Assembly (NCBI RefSeq): GCF_009914755.1
Contig: NC_060939.1
Direction: 5' to 3' (one strand)
DNA from: the human T2T-CHM13v2.0 reference genome, Homo sapiens
Length of the DNA: 64,000 nucleotides
In this document: positions 43,901 to 57,343 of the stretch, piece after piece
Layout of the letters: each line of letters begins with the position of its first letter
How positions within the stretch are numbered: the first letter of the stretch is position 1
Translations under genes and position numbers: made by a program
Notes under the pieces: model-generated
Told to the model about the DNA's origin: nothing
The model's input: only the letters and a program-made list of their open reading frames with translations
The model's database searches: none

Positions 43901-46900
43901 TATCAATCCATTCGATTCAATTCCATTCGAGCACATTCCATTCGAGTCCATTCCATTCGATGCCATTCCATTTGATTCTATTCCATTAGTCTCCATTCAA
44001 TTCCATTAATCTCCATTCCATTCCATTCTACTCCAACTGATTCCATTCCATTCTATTCCTTTCCATTCCATTTCATTCCATTCCATTCCATTTCATTCCA
44101 TTCAATTCCATTCGTGTCCATTCCACTCCAGTCCATTCCATTCGTGTCCATTCCATTCCAGTCCATTCCATTTGTGTCCACTGCATTCCATTCCACTCCA
44201 TTCCATATTATTTCATTACACTCCATTCCATTCTATTACTTTCATTTCCATTCAATTCCATTCCATTTGATTCCATTCCACTCGGTTTCATTCCATTTGA
44301 GTCCACTCCATTCCATTCCATTCCATTCTATTCAGTTCCATTCCATTCTGTTCCATTCCATTCCGTTCCATTACATTCCATTCCATTCGGTACCATTCCA
44401 TATTGTTCCATTCGATTCCATTCGAATCCATTCCATTACAGTCAATTCCATTCGATTCCATTCCATTCATTTCAATTCCATTCCATTCCATTCCATTACA
44501 TTCCACTTGATTCCTCTCCATTCCCTTCCACTGCATTCCGTTCGATTCCATTCCATTGCATTGCATTCCATTCCATTGGATTGCATTCCATTCGATTCCA
44601 TTCCATTCGAATCAATTACATAGCAATCCATTACATTCGAGTCTATTCTATTCCGTTCCATTCGATTTCGTTCCAATCCATTCGATTCCATTCCATTCGA
44701 TTCCATTCCATACTATTGCATTCCATTCGATTACATTATATTCGAATAAGTTCCATTCAAGACCATTTCTTTTGAGTCCATTCTATTTGAGTCCATTCCC
44801 TTTGATTCCATAACATTTGAGTCCATTCAATTCCATTCCTCTCGTTTCCATTCCATTTGATGCCATTCCATTCAATTCTGTTCTACTCGACTCCAATACA
44901 TTCAATTCCATTCCATCCGATTCCATTACATTCTTTTCATTTCTTATCCATTTCAAGCCATTCCACTCCATTCCATTCCACTCGTTTCCTTTCCATTCGA
45001 GTCCATTCCTCTCCAGTCCATTCCGTTCAATCCATTCCATTCCAGTCCATTCCATTCGAGTCTATTCCATTCCAGTCCATTCCATTCGAGTCAATTCCAT
45101 CCCATTCGATGTCTTCCCATAACGATCCATTCCATTCTATTCCTTTCGATTCCATTCCATTCTATTTCATTCCATTCGATTCCCTTCCATTGGACTCCTT
45201 TCCATTCGAGTGCATTCCATTCCGTTCCATTTCTTTCCGTTCTGTACGATTCCTACCGTTCGATTTCATTTTGTTCCAGTCCATTCCTTTCGCGTCCATT
45301 CCATTCCATTTCACTCCATTCGATTCCATTCCACTCGATTCCACTTCGTTCCATTTCACTGCATTCCATTCTATTCAACTCTATTGCCTTCCATTCCATT
45401 CCATTCGATTACATTCCATGCGATTCCATTCGAAATCGAATCAATTACATTGCAATCCATTACTATTGAGTCCATTTTATTCCAGTCCACTGCATTCTGG
45501 TCCATTCCATTTGATTCCATTCCATTCTATTCCATTCCATACAGTTGCATTCCATTGGATTCCATTCTATATCTATAAATTGAATTCGAGACCATTGCTT
45601 TTGAGTCCATTCTATATGATTCCATTCCATTCAAGTCCATTACATTTGGTTCAATTCCATTCCATTCCATTCCCTTCCATTCCATTCCAGTTGATATCAA
45701 TCCATTCGATTCCATTCCATTCGAGCACATTCCATTCGAGTCCATTCCATTCGATGCCATTCCATTTGATTCTATTCCATTAGTCTCCATTCAATTCCAT
45801 TAATTTCCATTCCATTCCATTCTACTCCAACTGATTCCATTCCATTCTATTCCTTTCCATTCCATTTCATTCCATTCCATTCCATTTCATTCCATTCCAT
45901 TCCATTTCATTCCATTCCATTCCATTCGTGTCCATTCCATTCCAGTCCATTCCATTTGTGTCCACTACATTCCATTCCACTCCATTCCATATTATTCCAT
46001 TACACTCCATTCCATTCTATTACTTTCATTTCCATTCAATTCCATTCCATTTGATTCCATTCCACTCGGTTTCATTCCATTTGAGTCCACTCCATTCCAT
46101 TCCATTCCATTCAGTTCCATTCCATTCTGTTCCATTCCATTCCGTTCCATTACATTCCATTCCATTCGGTACCATTCCATATTGTTCCATTCGATTCCAT
46201 TCGAATCCATTCCATTCCAGTCCATTCCATTCGATTCCATTCCATTCGTTTCAATTCCATTCCATTCCATTCCATTACATTCCACTTGATTCCTCTCCAT
46301 TCCCTTCCACTGCATTCCGTTCGATTCCATTCCATTGCATTGCATTCCATTCCATTGGATTGCATTCCATTCGATTCCATTCCATTCGAATCAATTACAT
46401 AGCAATCCATTACATTCGAGTCTATTCTATTCCGTTCCATACGATTTCGTTCCAATCCATTCGATTCCACTCCATTCGATTCCATTCCATACTATTGCAT
46501 TCCATTCGATTACATTATATTCGAATAAGTTCCATTCAAGACCATTTCTTTTGAGTCCATTCTATTTGAGTCCATTCCCTTTGATTCCATAACATTTGAG
46601 TCCATTCAATTCCATTCCTTTCGTTTCCATTCCATTTGATGCCATTCCATTCAATTCTGTTCTACTCGACTCCAATATATTCAATTCCATTCCATCCGAT
46701 TCCATTACATTCTTTTCATTTCTTATCCATTTCAACCCATTCCACTCCATTCCATTCCACTCGTTTCCTTTCCATTCGAGTCTATTCCTCTCCAGTCCAT
46801 TCCGTTCAATCCATTCCATTCCAGTCCATTCCATTCGAGTCCGTTCCATTCCAGTCCATTCCATTCGAGTCAATTCCATCCCATTCGATGTCTTTCCATA

Positions 46901-48180
46901 ACGATCCATTCCATTCTATTCCTTTCGATTCCATTCCATTCTATTTCATTCCATTCGATTCCCTTCCATTGGACTCCTTTCCATTCGAGTGCATTCCATT
47001 CCGTTCCATTTCTTTCCGTTCTGTACGATTCCTACCGTTCGATTTCATTTTGTTCCAGTCCATTCCTTTCGCGTCCATTCCATTCCATTTCACTCCATTC
47101 GATTCCATTCCACTCGATTCCACTTCGTTCCATTTCATTGCATTCCATTCTATTCAACTCTATTGCCTTCCATTCCATTCCATTCGATTACATTCCATGC
47201 GATTCCATTCGAAATCGAATCAATTACATTGCAATCCATTACTATTGAGTCCATTTTATTCCAGTCCACTGCATTCTGGTCCATTCCATTAGATTCCATT
47301 CCATTCTATTCCATTCCATACAGTTGCATTCCATTGGATTCCATTCTATATCTATAAATTCAATTTGAGACCATTGCTTTTCAGTCCATTCTATATGATT
47401 CCATTCCATTCAAGTCCATTACATTTGGTTCAATTCCATTCCATTCCATTCCCTTCCATTCTATTCCAGTTGATATCAATCCATTCGATTCCATTCCATT
47501 CGAGCACATTCCATTCGAGTCCATTCCATTCGATGCCATTCCATTTGATTCTATTCCATTAGTCTCCATTCAATTCCATTAATCTCCATTCCATTCCATT
47601 CTACTCCAACTGATTCCATTCCATTCTATTCCTTTCCATTCCCTTTCATTCCATTCCATTCCATTTCATTCCATTCCATTCCATTCGCTTCCATTCCATT
47701 CGTGTCCATTCCACTCCAGTCCATTCCATTCGTGTCCATTCCATTCCAGTCCATTCCATTTGTGTCCACTGCATTCCATTCCACTCCATTCCATATTATT
47801 GCATTACACTCCATTCCATTCTATTACTTTCATTTCCATTCAATTCCATTCCATTTGATTCCATTCCACTCGGTTTCATTCCATTTGAGTCCACTCCATT
47901 CCATTCCATTCCATTCCATTCAGTTCCATTCCATTCCGTTCCATTGCATTCCATTCCATTTGGTACCATTCCATATTGTTCCATTCGATTCCATTCGAAT
48001 CCATTCCATTCCAGTCCATTCCATTCGATTCCATTCCATTCCTTTCAATTCCATTCCATTCTATTCCATTACATTCCACTTGATTCCACTCCATTCCCTT
48101 CCACTGCATTCCATTCGATTCCGTTCCATTGCATTGCGTTCCATTCCATTGGACTGCATTCCATTCGATTCCATTCCATT

Positions 48181-48320
48181 CGAATCAATTACATAGCAAT
48201 CCATTACATTCGAGTCTATTCTATTCCGTTCCATTCGATTACATTCCAATCGAATCAATTACATAGCAATCCATTACATTCGAGTCTATTCTATTCCGTT
48301 CCATTCGATTTCATTCCAAT
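48181..48320 (+). repeat. 70-bp direct tandem duplication within one unit
   Basis: CGAATCAATTACATAGCAAT...CCATTCGATT(A/T)CATTCCAAT occurs at 48181-48250 and 48251-48320. This unit is the longest (1864 bp). Confidence 0.93.
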
Positions 48321-51300
48321 CCATTCGATTCCATTCCATTCGATTCCATTCCATACTATTGCATTCCATTCGATTACATGATATTCGAATAAGTTCCATT
48401 CAAGACCATTTCTTTTGAGTCCATTCTATTTGAGTCCATTCCCTTTGATTCCATAACATTTGAGTCCATTCAATTCCATTCCTTTCGTTTCCATTCCATT
48501 TGATGCCATTCCATTCAATTCTGTTCTACTCGACTCCAATACATTCAATTCCATTCCATCCGATTCCATTACATTCTTTTCATTTCTTATCCATTTCAAG
48601 CCATTCCACTCCATTCCATTCCACTCGTTTCCTTTCCATTCGAGTCCATTCCTCTCCAGTCCATTCCGTTCAATCCATTCCATTCCAGTCCATTCCATTC
48701 GAGTCCGTTCCATTCCAGTCCATTCCATTCGAGTCAATTCCATCCCATTCGATGTCTTTCCATAACGATCCATTCCATTCTATTCCTTTCGATTCCATTC
48801 CATTCTATTTCATTCCATTCGATTCCCTTCCATTGGACTCCTTTCCATTCGAGTGCATTCCATTCCGTTCCATTTCTTTCCGTTCTGCACGATTCCTTCC
48901 GTTCGATTTCATTTTGTTCCTGTCCATTCCTTTCGCGTCCATTCCATTCCATTTCACTCCATTCGATTCCATTCCACTCGATTCCACTTCGTTCCATTTC
49001 ATTGCATTCTATTCTATTCAACTCTATTGCCTTCCTTTCCATTCCATTCGATTACATTCCATGCGATTCCATTCGAAATCGAATCAATTACATTGCAATC
49101 CATTACTATTGAGTCCATTTTATTCCAGTCCACTGCATTCTGGTCCATTCCATTTGATTCCATTCCATTCTATTCCATTCCATACAGTTGCATTCCATTG
49201 GATTCCATTCTATATCTATAAATTCAATTCGAGACCATTGCTTTTGAGTCCATTCTATATGATTCCATTCCATTCAAGTCCATTACATTTGGTTCAATTC
49301 CATTCCATTCCATTCCCTTCCATTCCATTCCAGTTGATATCAATCCATTCGATTCCATTCCATTCGAGCACATTCCATTCGAGTCCATTCCATTCGATGC
49401 CATTCCATTTGATTCTATTCCATTAGTCTCCCTTCAATTCCATTAATCTCCATTCCATTCCATTCTACTCCAACTGATTCCATTCCATTCTATTCCTTTC
49501 CATTCCATTTCATTCCATTCCATTCCATTTCATTCCATTCCATTCCATTCGCTTCCATTCCATTCGTGTCCATTCCACTCCAGTCCATTCCATTCGTGTC
49601 CATTCCATTCCAGTCCATTCCATTTGTGTCCACTGCATTCCATTCCACTCCATTCCATATTATTCCATTACACTCCATTCCATTCTATTACTTTCATTTC
49701 CATTCAATTCCATTCCATTTGATTCCACTCCACTCGGTTTCATTCCATTTGAGTCCACTCCATTCCATTCCATTCCATTCCATTCAGTTCCATTCCATTC
49801 TGTTCCATTCCATTCCGTTCCATTGCATTGCATTCCATTCGGTACCATTCCATATTGTTCCATTCGATTCCATTCGAATCCATTCCATTCCAGTCCATTC
49901 CATTCGATTCCATTCCATTCCTTTCAATTCCATTCCATTCCATTCCATTCCACTTGATTCCACTCCATTCCCTTCCACTGCATTCCATTCGATTCCATTC
50001 CATTGCATTGCATTCCATTCCATTGGACTGCATTCCATTCGATTCCATTCCATTCGAATCAATTACATAGCAATCCATTACATTCGAGTCTATTCTATTC
50101 CGTTCCATTCGATTTCGTTCCAATCCATTCGATTCCATTCCATTCGATTCCATTCCATACTATTGCATTCCATTCTATTACATTATATTCGAATAAGTTC
50201 CATTCAAGACCATTTCTTTTGAGTCCATTCTATTTGAGTCCATTCCCTTTGAGTCCATAACATTTGAGTCCATTCAATTCCATTCCTTTCGTTTCCATTC
50301 CATTTGAAGCCATTCCATTCAATTCTGTTCTACTCGACTCCAATACATTCAATTCCATTCCATCCGATTCCATTACATTCTTTTCATTTCTTATCCATTT
50401 CAAGCCATTCCACTCCATTCCATTCCACTCGTTTCCTTTCCATTCGAGTCCATTCCTCTCCAGTCCATTCCATTCAATCCATTCCATTCCAGTCCATTCC
50501 ATTCGAGTCCGTTCCATTCCAGTCCATTCCATTCGAGTCAATTCCATTCCATTCGATGTCTTTCCATAACGATCCATTCCATTCTATTCCTTTCGATTCC
50601 ATTCCATTCTATTTCATTCCATTCGATTCCCTTCCATTGGACTCCTTTCCATTCGAGTGCATTCCATTCCGTTCCATTTCTTTCCGTTCTGTACGATTCC
50701 TACCGTTTGATTTCATTTTGTTCCAGTCCATTCCTTTCGCGTCCATTCCATTCCATTTCACTCCATTCGATTCCATTCCACTCGATTCCACTTCGTTCCA
50801 TTTCATTGCATTCCATTCTATTCAACTCTATTGCCTTCCATTCCATTCCATTCGATTACATTCCATGCGATTCCATTCGAAATCGAATCAATTACATTGC
50901 AATCCATTACTATTGAGTCCGTTTTATTCCAGTCCACTGCATTCTGGTCCATTCCATTTGATTCCATTCCATTCTATTCCATTCCATACAGTTGCATTCC
51001 ATTGGATTCCATTCTATATCTATAAATTCAATTCGAGACCATTGCTTTTGAGTCCATTCTATATGATTCCATTCCATTCAAGTCCATTACATTTGGTTCA
51101 ATTCCATTCCATTCCATTCCCTTCCATTCCATTCCAGTTGATATCAATCCATTCGATTCCATTCCATTCGAGCACATTCCATTCGAGTCCATTCCATTCG
51201 ATGCCATTCCATTTGATTCTATTCTATTAGTCTCCATTCAATTCCATTAATCTCCATTCCATTCCATTCTACTCCAACTGATTCCATTCCATTCTATTCC

Positions 51301-52560
51301 TTTCCATTCCATTTCATTCCATTCCATTCCATTTCATTCCATTCCATTCCAATCGCTTCCATTCCATTCATGTCCATTCCACTCCAGTCCATTCCATTTG
51401 TGTCCACTGCATTCCAGTCCATTCCTTTTGTGTCCACTGCATTCCATTCCACTCCATTCCATATTATTCCATTACACTCCATTCCATTCTATTACTTTCA
51501 TTTCCATTCAATTCCATTCCATTTGATTCCATTCCACTCGGTTCCATTCCATTTGAATCCACTCCATTCCATTCCATTCCATTCCATTCAGTTCCATTCT
51601 ATTCTGTTCCATTCCATTCCGTTCCATTGCATTCCATTCCATTCGGTACCATTCCATATTGTTCCATTCGATTCCATTCGAATCCATTCCATTCCAGTCC
51701 ATTCCATTCGATTCCATTCCATTCCTTTCAATTCCATTCCATTCCATTCCATTCCATTCCACTTGATTCCACTCCATTCCCTTCCACTGCATTCCATTCG
51801 ATTCCGTTCCATTGCATTGCGTTCCATTCCATTGGACTGCATTCCATTCGATTCCATTCCATTCGAATCAATTACATAGCAATCCATTACATTCGAGTCT
51901 ATTCTATTCCGTTCCATTCGATTTCGTTCCAATCCATTCGATTCCATTCCATTCGATTCCATTCCATACTATTGCATTCCATTCGATTACATTATATTCG
52001 AATAAGTTCCATTCAAGACCATTTCTTTTGAGTCCATTCTATTTGAGTCCATTCCCTTTGATTCCATAACATTTGAGTCCATTCAATTCCATTCCTTTCG
52101 TTTCCATTCCATTTGATGCCATTCCATTCAATTCTGTTCTACTCGACTCCAATACATTCAATTCCATTCCATCCGATTCCATTACATTCTTTTCATTTCT
52201 TATCCATTTCAAGCCATTCCACTCCATTCCATTCCACTCGTTTCCTTTCCATTCGAGTCCATTCCTCTCCAGTCCATACCGTTCAATCCATTCCATTCCA
52301 GTCCATTCCATTCGAGTCCGTTCCATTCCAGTCCATTCCATTCGAGTCAATTCCATCCCATTCGATGTCTTTCCATAACGATCCATTCCATTCTATTCCT
52401 TTCGATTCCATTCCATTCTATTTCATTCCATTCGATTCCCTTCCATTGGACTCCTTTCCATTCGAGTGCATTCCATTCCGTTCCATTTCTTTCCGTTCTG
52501 TACGATTCCTACCGTTCGATTTCATTTTGTTCCAGTCCATTCCTTTCGCGTCCATTCCAT

Positions 52561-52610
52561 TCCATTTCACTCCATTCGATTCCATTCCATTTCACTCCAT
52601 TCGATTCCAT
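52561..52610 (+). repeat. 25-bp direct tandem duplication
   Basis: TCCATTTCACTCCATTCGATTCCAT occurs twice. The unit is 1829 bp = 1804+25. Confidence 0.9.
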
Positions 52611-55600
52611 TCCACTCGATTCCACTTCGTTCCATTTCATTGCATTCCATTCTATTCAACTCTATTGCCTTCCATTCCATTCCATTCGATTACATTCCAT
52701 GCGATTCCATTCGAAATCGAATCAATTACATTGCAATCCATAACTATTGAGTCCGTTTTATTCCAGTCCACTGCATTCTGGTCCATTCCATTTGATTCCA
52801 TTCCATTCTATTCCATTCCATACAGTTGCATTCCATTGGATTCCATGCTATATCTATAAATTCAATTCGAGACCATTGCTTTTGAGTCCATTCTATATGA
52901 TTCCATTCCATTCAAGTCCATTACATTTGGTTCAATTCCATTCCATTCCATTCCCTTCCATTCCATTCCAGTTGATATCAATCCATTCGATTCCATTCCA
53001 TTCGAGCACATTCCATTCGAGTCCATTCCATTCGATGCCATTCCATTTGATTCTATTCCATTAGTCTCCCTTCAATTCCATTAATCTCCATTCCATTCCA
53101 TTCTACTCCAACTGATTCCATTCCATTCTATTCCTTTCCATTCCATTTCATTCCATTCCATTCCATTTCATTCCATTCCATTCCATTCGCTTCCATTCCA
53201 TTCGTGTCCATTCCACTCCAGTCCATTCCATTCGTGTCCATTCCATTCCAGTCCATTCCATTTGTGTCCACTGCATTCCATTCCACTCCATTCCATATTA
53301 TTCCATTACACTCCATTCCATTCTATTACTTTCATTTCCATTCAATTCCATTCCATATGATTCCACTCCACTCGGTTTCATTCCATTTGAGTCCACTCCA
53401 TTCCATTCCATTCCATTCCATTCAGTTCCATTCCATTCTGTTCCATTCCATTCCGTTCCATTGCATTCCATTCCATTCGGTACCATTCCATATTGTTCCA
53501 TTCGATTCCATTCGAATCCATTCCATTCCAGTCCATTCCATTCGATTCCATTCCATTCCTTTCAATTCCATTCCATTCCATTCCATTCCACTTGATTCCA
53601 CTCCATTCCCTTCCACTGCATTCCATTCGATTCCATTCCATTGCATTGCATTCCATTCCATTGGACTGCATTCCATTCGATTCCATTCCATTCGAATCAA
53701 TTACATAGCAATCCATTACATTCGAGTCTATTCTATTCCGTTCCATTCGATTTCGTTCCAATCCCTTCGATTCCATTCCATTCGATTCCATTCCATACTA
53801 TTGCATTCCATTCTATTACATTATATTCGAATAAGTTCCATTCAAGACCATTTCTTTTGAGTCCATTCTATTTGAGTCCATTCCCTTTGATTCCATAACA
53901 TTTGAGTCCATTCAATTCCATTCCTTTCGTTTCCATTCCATTTGAAGCCATTCCATTCAATTCTGTTCTACTCGACTCCAATACATTCAATTCCATTCCA
54001 TCCGATTCCATTACATTCTTTTCATTTCTTATCCATTTCAAGCCATTCCACTCCATTCCATTCCACTCGTTTCCTTTCCATTCGAGTCCATTCCTCTCCA
54101 GTCCATTCCATTCAATCCATTCCATTCCAGTCCATTCCATTCGAGTCCGTTCCATTCCAGTCCATTCCATTCGAGTCAATTCCAACCCATTCGATGTCTT
54201 TCCATAACGATCCATTCCATTCTATTCCTTTCGATTCCATTCCATTCTATTTCATTCCATTCGATTCCCTTCCATTGGACTCCTTTCCATTCGAGTGCAT
54301 TCCATTCCGTTCCATTTCTTTCCGTTCTGTATGATTCCTACCGTTCGATTTCATTTTGTTCCAGTCCATTCCTTTCGCGTCCATTCCATTCCATTTCACT
54401 CCATTCGATTCCATTCCACTCGATTCCACTTCGTTCCATTTCATTGCATTCCATTCTATTCAACTCTATTGCCTTCCATTCCATTCCATTCGATTACATT
54501 CCATGCGATTCCATTCGAAATCGAATCAATTACATTGCAATCCATTACTATTGAGTCCGTTTTATTCCAGTCCACTGCATTCTGGTCCATTCCATTTGAT
54601 TCCATTCCATTCTATTCCATTCCATACAGTTGCATTCCATTGGATTCCATTCTATATCTATAAATTCAATTCGAGACCATTGCTTTTGAGTCCATTCTAT
54701 ATGATTCCATTCCATTCAAGTCCATTACATTTGGTTCAATTCCATTCCATTCCATTCCCTTCCATTCCATTCCAGTTGATATCAATCCATTCGATTCCAT
54801 TCCATTCGAGCACATTCCATTCGAGTCCATTCCATTCGATGCCATTCCATTTGATTCTATTCCATTAGTCTCCATTCAATTCCATTAATCTCCATTCCAT
54901 TCCATTCTACTCCAACTGATTCCATTCCATTCTATTCCTTTCCATTCCATTTCATTCCATTCCATTTCATTCCATTCCATTCCATTCGCTTCCATTCCAT
55001 TCGTGTCCATTCCACTCCAGTCCATTCCATTCGTGTCCATTCCATTCCAGTCCATTCCATTTGTGTCCACTGCATTCCATTCCACTCCATTCCATATTAT
55101 TCCATTACACTCCATTCCATTCTATTACTTTCATTTCCATTCAATTCCATTCCATTTGATTCCATTCCACTCGGTTTCATTCCATTTGAGTCAACTCCAT
55201 TCTATTCCATTCCATTCCATTCAGTTCCATTCCATTCTGTTCCATTCCATTCCGTTCCATTGCATTCCATTCCATTCGGTACCATTCCATATTGTTCCAT
55301 TCGATTCCATTCGAATCCATTCCATTCCAGTCCATTCCATTCGATTCCATTCCATTCCTTTCAATTCCATTCCATTCCATTCCATTCCACTTGATTCCAC
55401 TCCATTCCCTTCCACTGCATTCCATTCGATTCCATTCCATTGCATTGTATTCCATTCCATTGGACTGCATTCCATTCGATTCCATTCCATTCGAATCAAT
55501 TACATAGCAATCCATTACATTCGAGTCTATTCTATTCCGTTCCATTCGATTTCGTTCCAATCCATTCGATTCCATTCCATTCGATTCCATTCCATACTAT

Positions 55601-57343
55601 TGCATTCCATTCGATTACATTATATTCGAATAAGTTCCATTCAAGACCATTTCTTTTGAGTCCATTCTATTTGAGTCCATTCCCTTTGATTCCATAACAT
55701 TTGAGTCCATTCAATTCCATTCCTTTCGTTTGCATTCCATTTGATGCCATTCCATTCAATTCTGTTCTACTCGACTCCAATACATTCAATTCCATTCCAT
55801 CCGATTCCATTACATTCTTTTCATTTCTTATCCATTTCAAGCCATTCCACTCCATTCCATTCCACTCGTTTCCTTTCCATTCGAGTCCATTCCTCTCCAG
55901 TCCATTCCGTTCAATCCATTCCATTCCAGTCCATTCCATTCGAGTCCGTTCCATTCCAGTCCATTCCATTCGAGTCAATTCCATTCCATTCAATGTCTTT
56001 CCATAACGATCCATTCCATTCTATTCCTTTCGATTCCATTCCATTCTATTTCATTCCATTCGATTCCCTTCCATTGGACTCCTTTCCATTCGAGTGCATT
56101 CCATTCCGTTCCATTTCTTTCCGTTCTGTACGATTCCTACCGTTCGATTTCATTTTGTTCCAGTCCATTCCTTTCGCGTCCATTCCATTCCATTTCACTC
56201 CATTCGATTCCATTCCACTCGATTCCACTTCGTTCCATTTCATTGCATTCCATTCTATTCAACTCTATTGCCTTCCATTCCATTCCATTCGATTACATTC
56301 CATGCGATTCCATTCGAAATCGAATCAATTACATTGCAATCCATTACTATTGAGTCCATTTTATTCCAGTCCACTGCATTCTGGTCCATTCCATTTGATT
56401 CCATTCCATTCTATTCCATTCCATACAGTTGCATTCCATTGGATTCCATTCTATATCTATAAATTCAATTCGAGACCATTGCTTTTGAATCCATTCTATA
56501 TGATTCCATTCCATTCAAGTCCATTACATTTGGTTCAATTCCATTCCATTCCATTCCCTTCCATTCCATTCCAGTTGATATCAATCCATTCGATTCCATT
56601 CCATTCGAGCACATTCCATTCGAGTCCATTCCATTCGATGCCATTCCATTTGATTCTATTCCATTAGTCTCCATTCAATTCCATTAATCTCCATTCCATT
56701 CCATTCTACTCCAACTGATTCCATTCCATTCTATTCCTTTCCATTCCATTTCATTCCATTCCATTCCATTCCATTCCATTCCATTCGCTTCCATTCCATT
56801 CGTGTCCATTCCACTCCAGTCCATTCCATTCGTGTCCATTCCATTCCAGTCCATTCCATTTGTGTCCACTGCATTCCATTCCACTCCATTCCATATTATT
56901 CCATTACACTCCATTCCATTCTATTACTTTCATTTCCATTCAATTCTGTTCCATTTGATTCCATTCCACTCGGTTTCATTCCATTTGAGTCCACTCCATT
57001 CCATTCCATTCCATTCCGTTCAGTTCCATTCCATTCTGTTCCATTCCATTCCGTTCCATTGCATTCCATTCCATTCGGTACCATTCCACATTGTTCCATT
57101 CGATTCCATTCGAATCCATTCCATTCCAGTCCATTCCATTCGATTCCATTCCATTCCTTTCAATTCTATTCCATTCCATTCCATTCCACTTGATTCCACT
57201 CCATTCCCTTCCACTGCATTCCATTCGTTTCCATTCCATTGCATTGCATTCCATTCCATTGGACTGCATTTCATTCGATTCCATTCCATTCGAATCAATT
57301 ACATATCAATCCATTACATTCGGGTCTATTCTATTCCGTTCCA

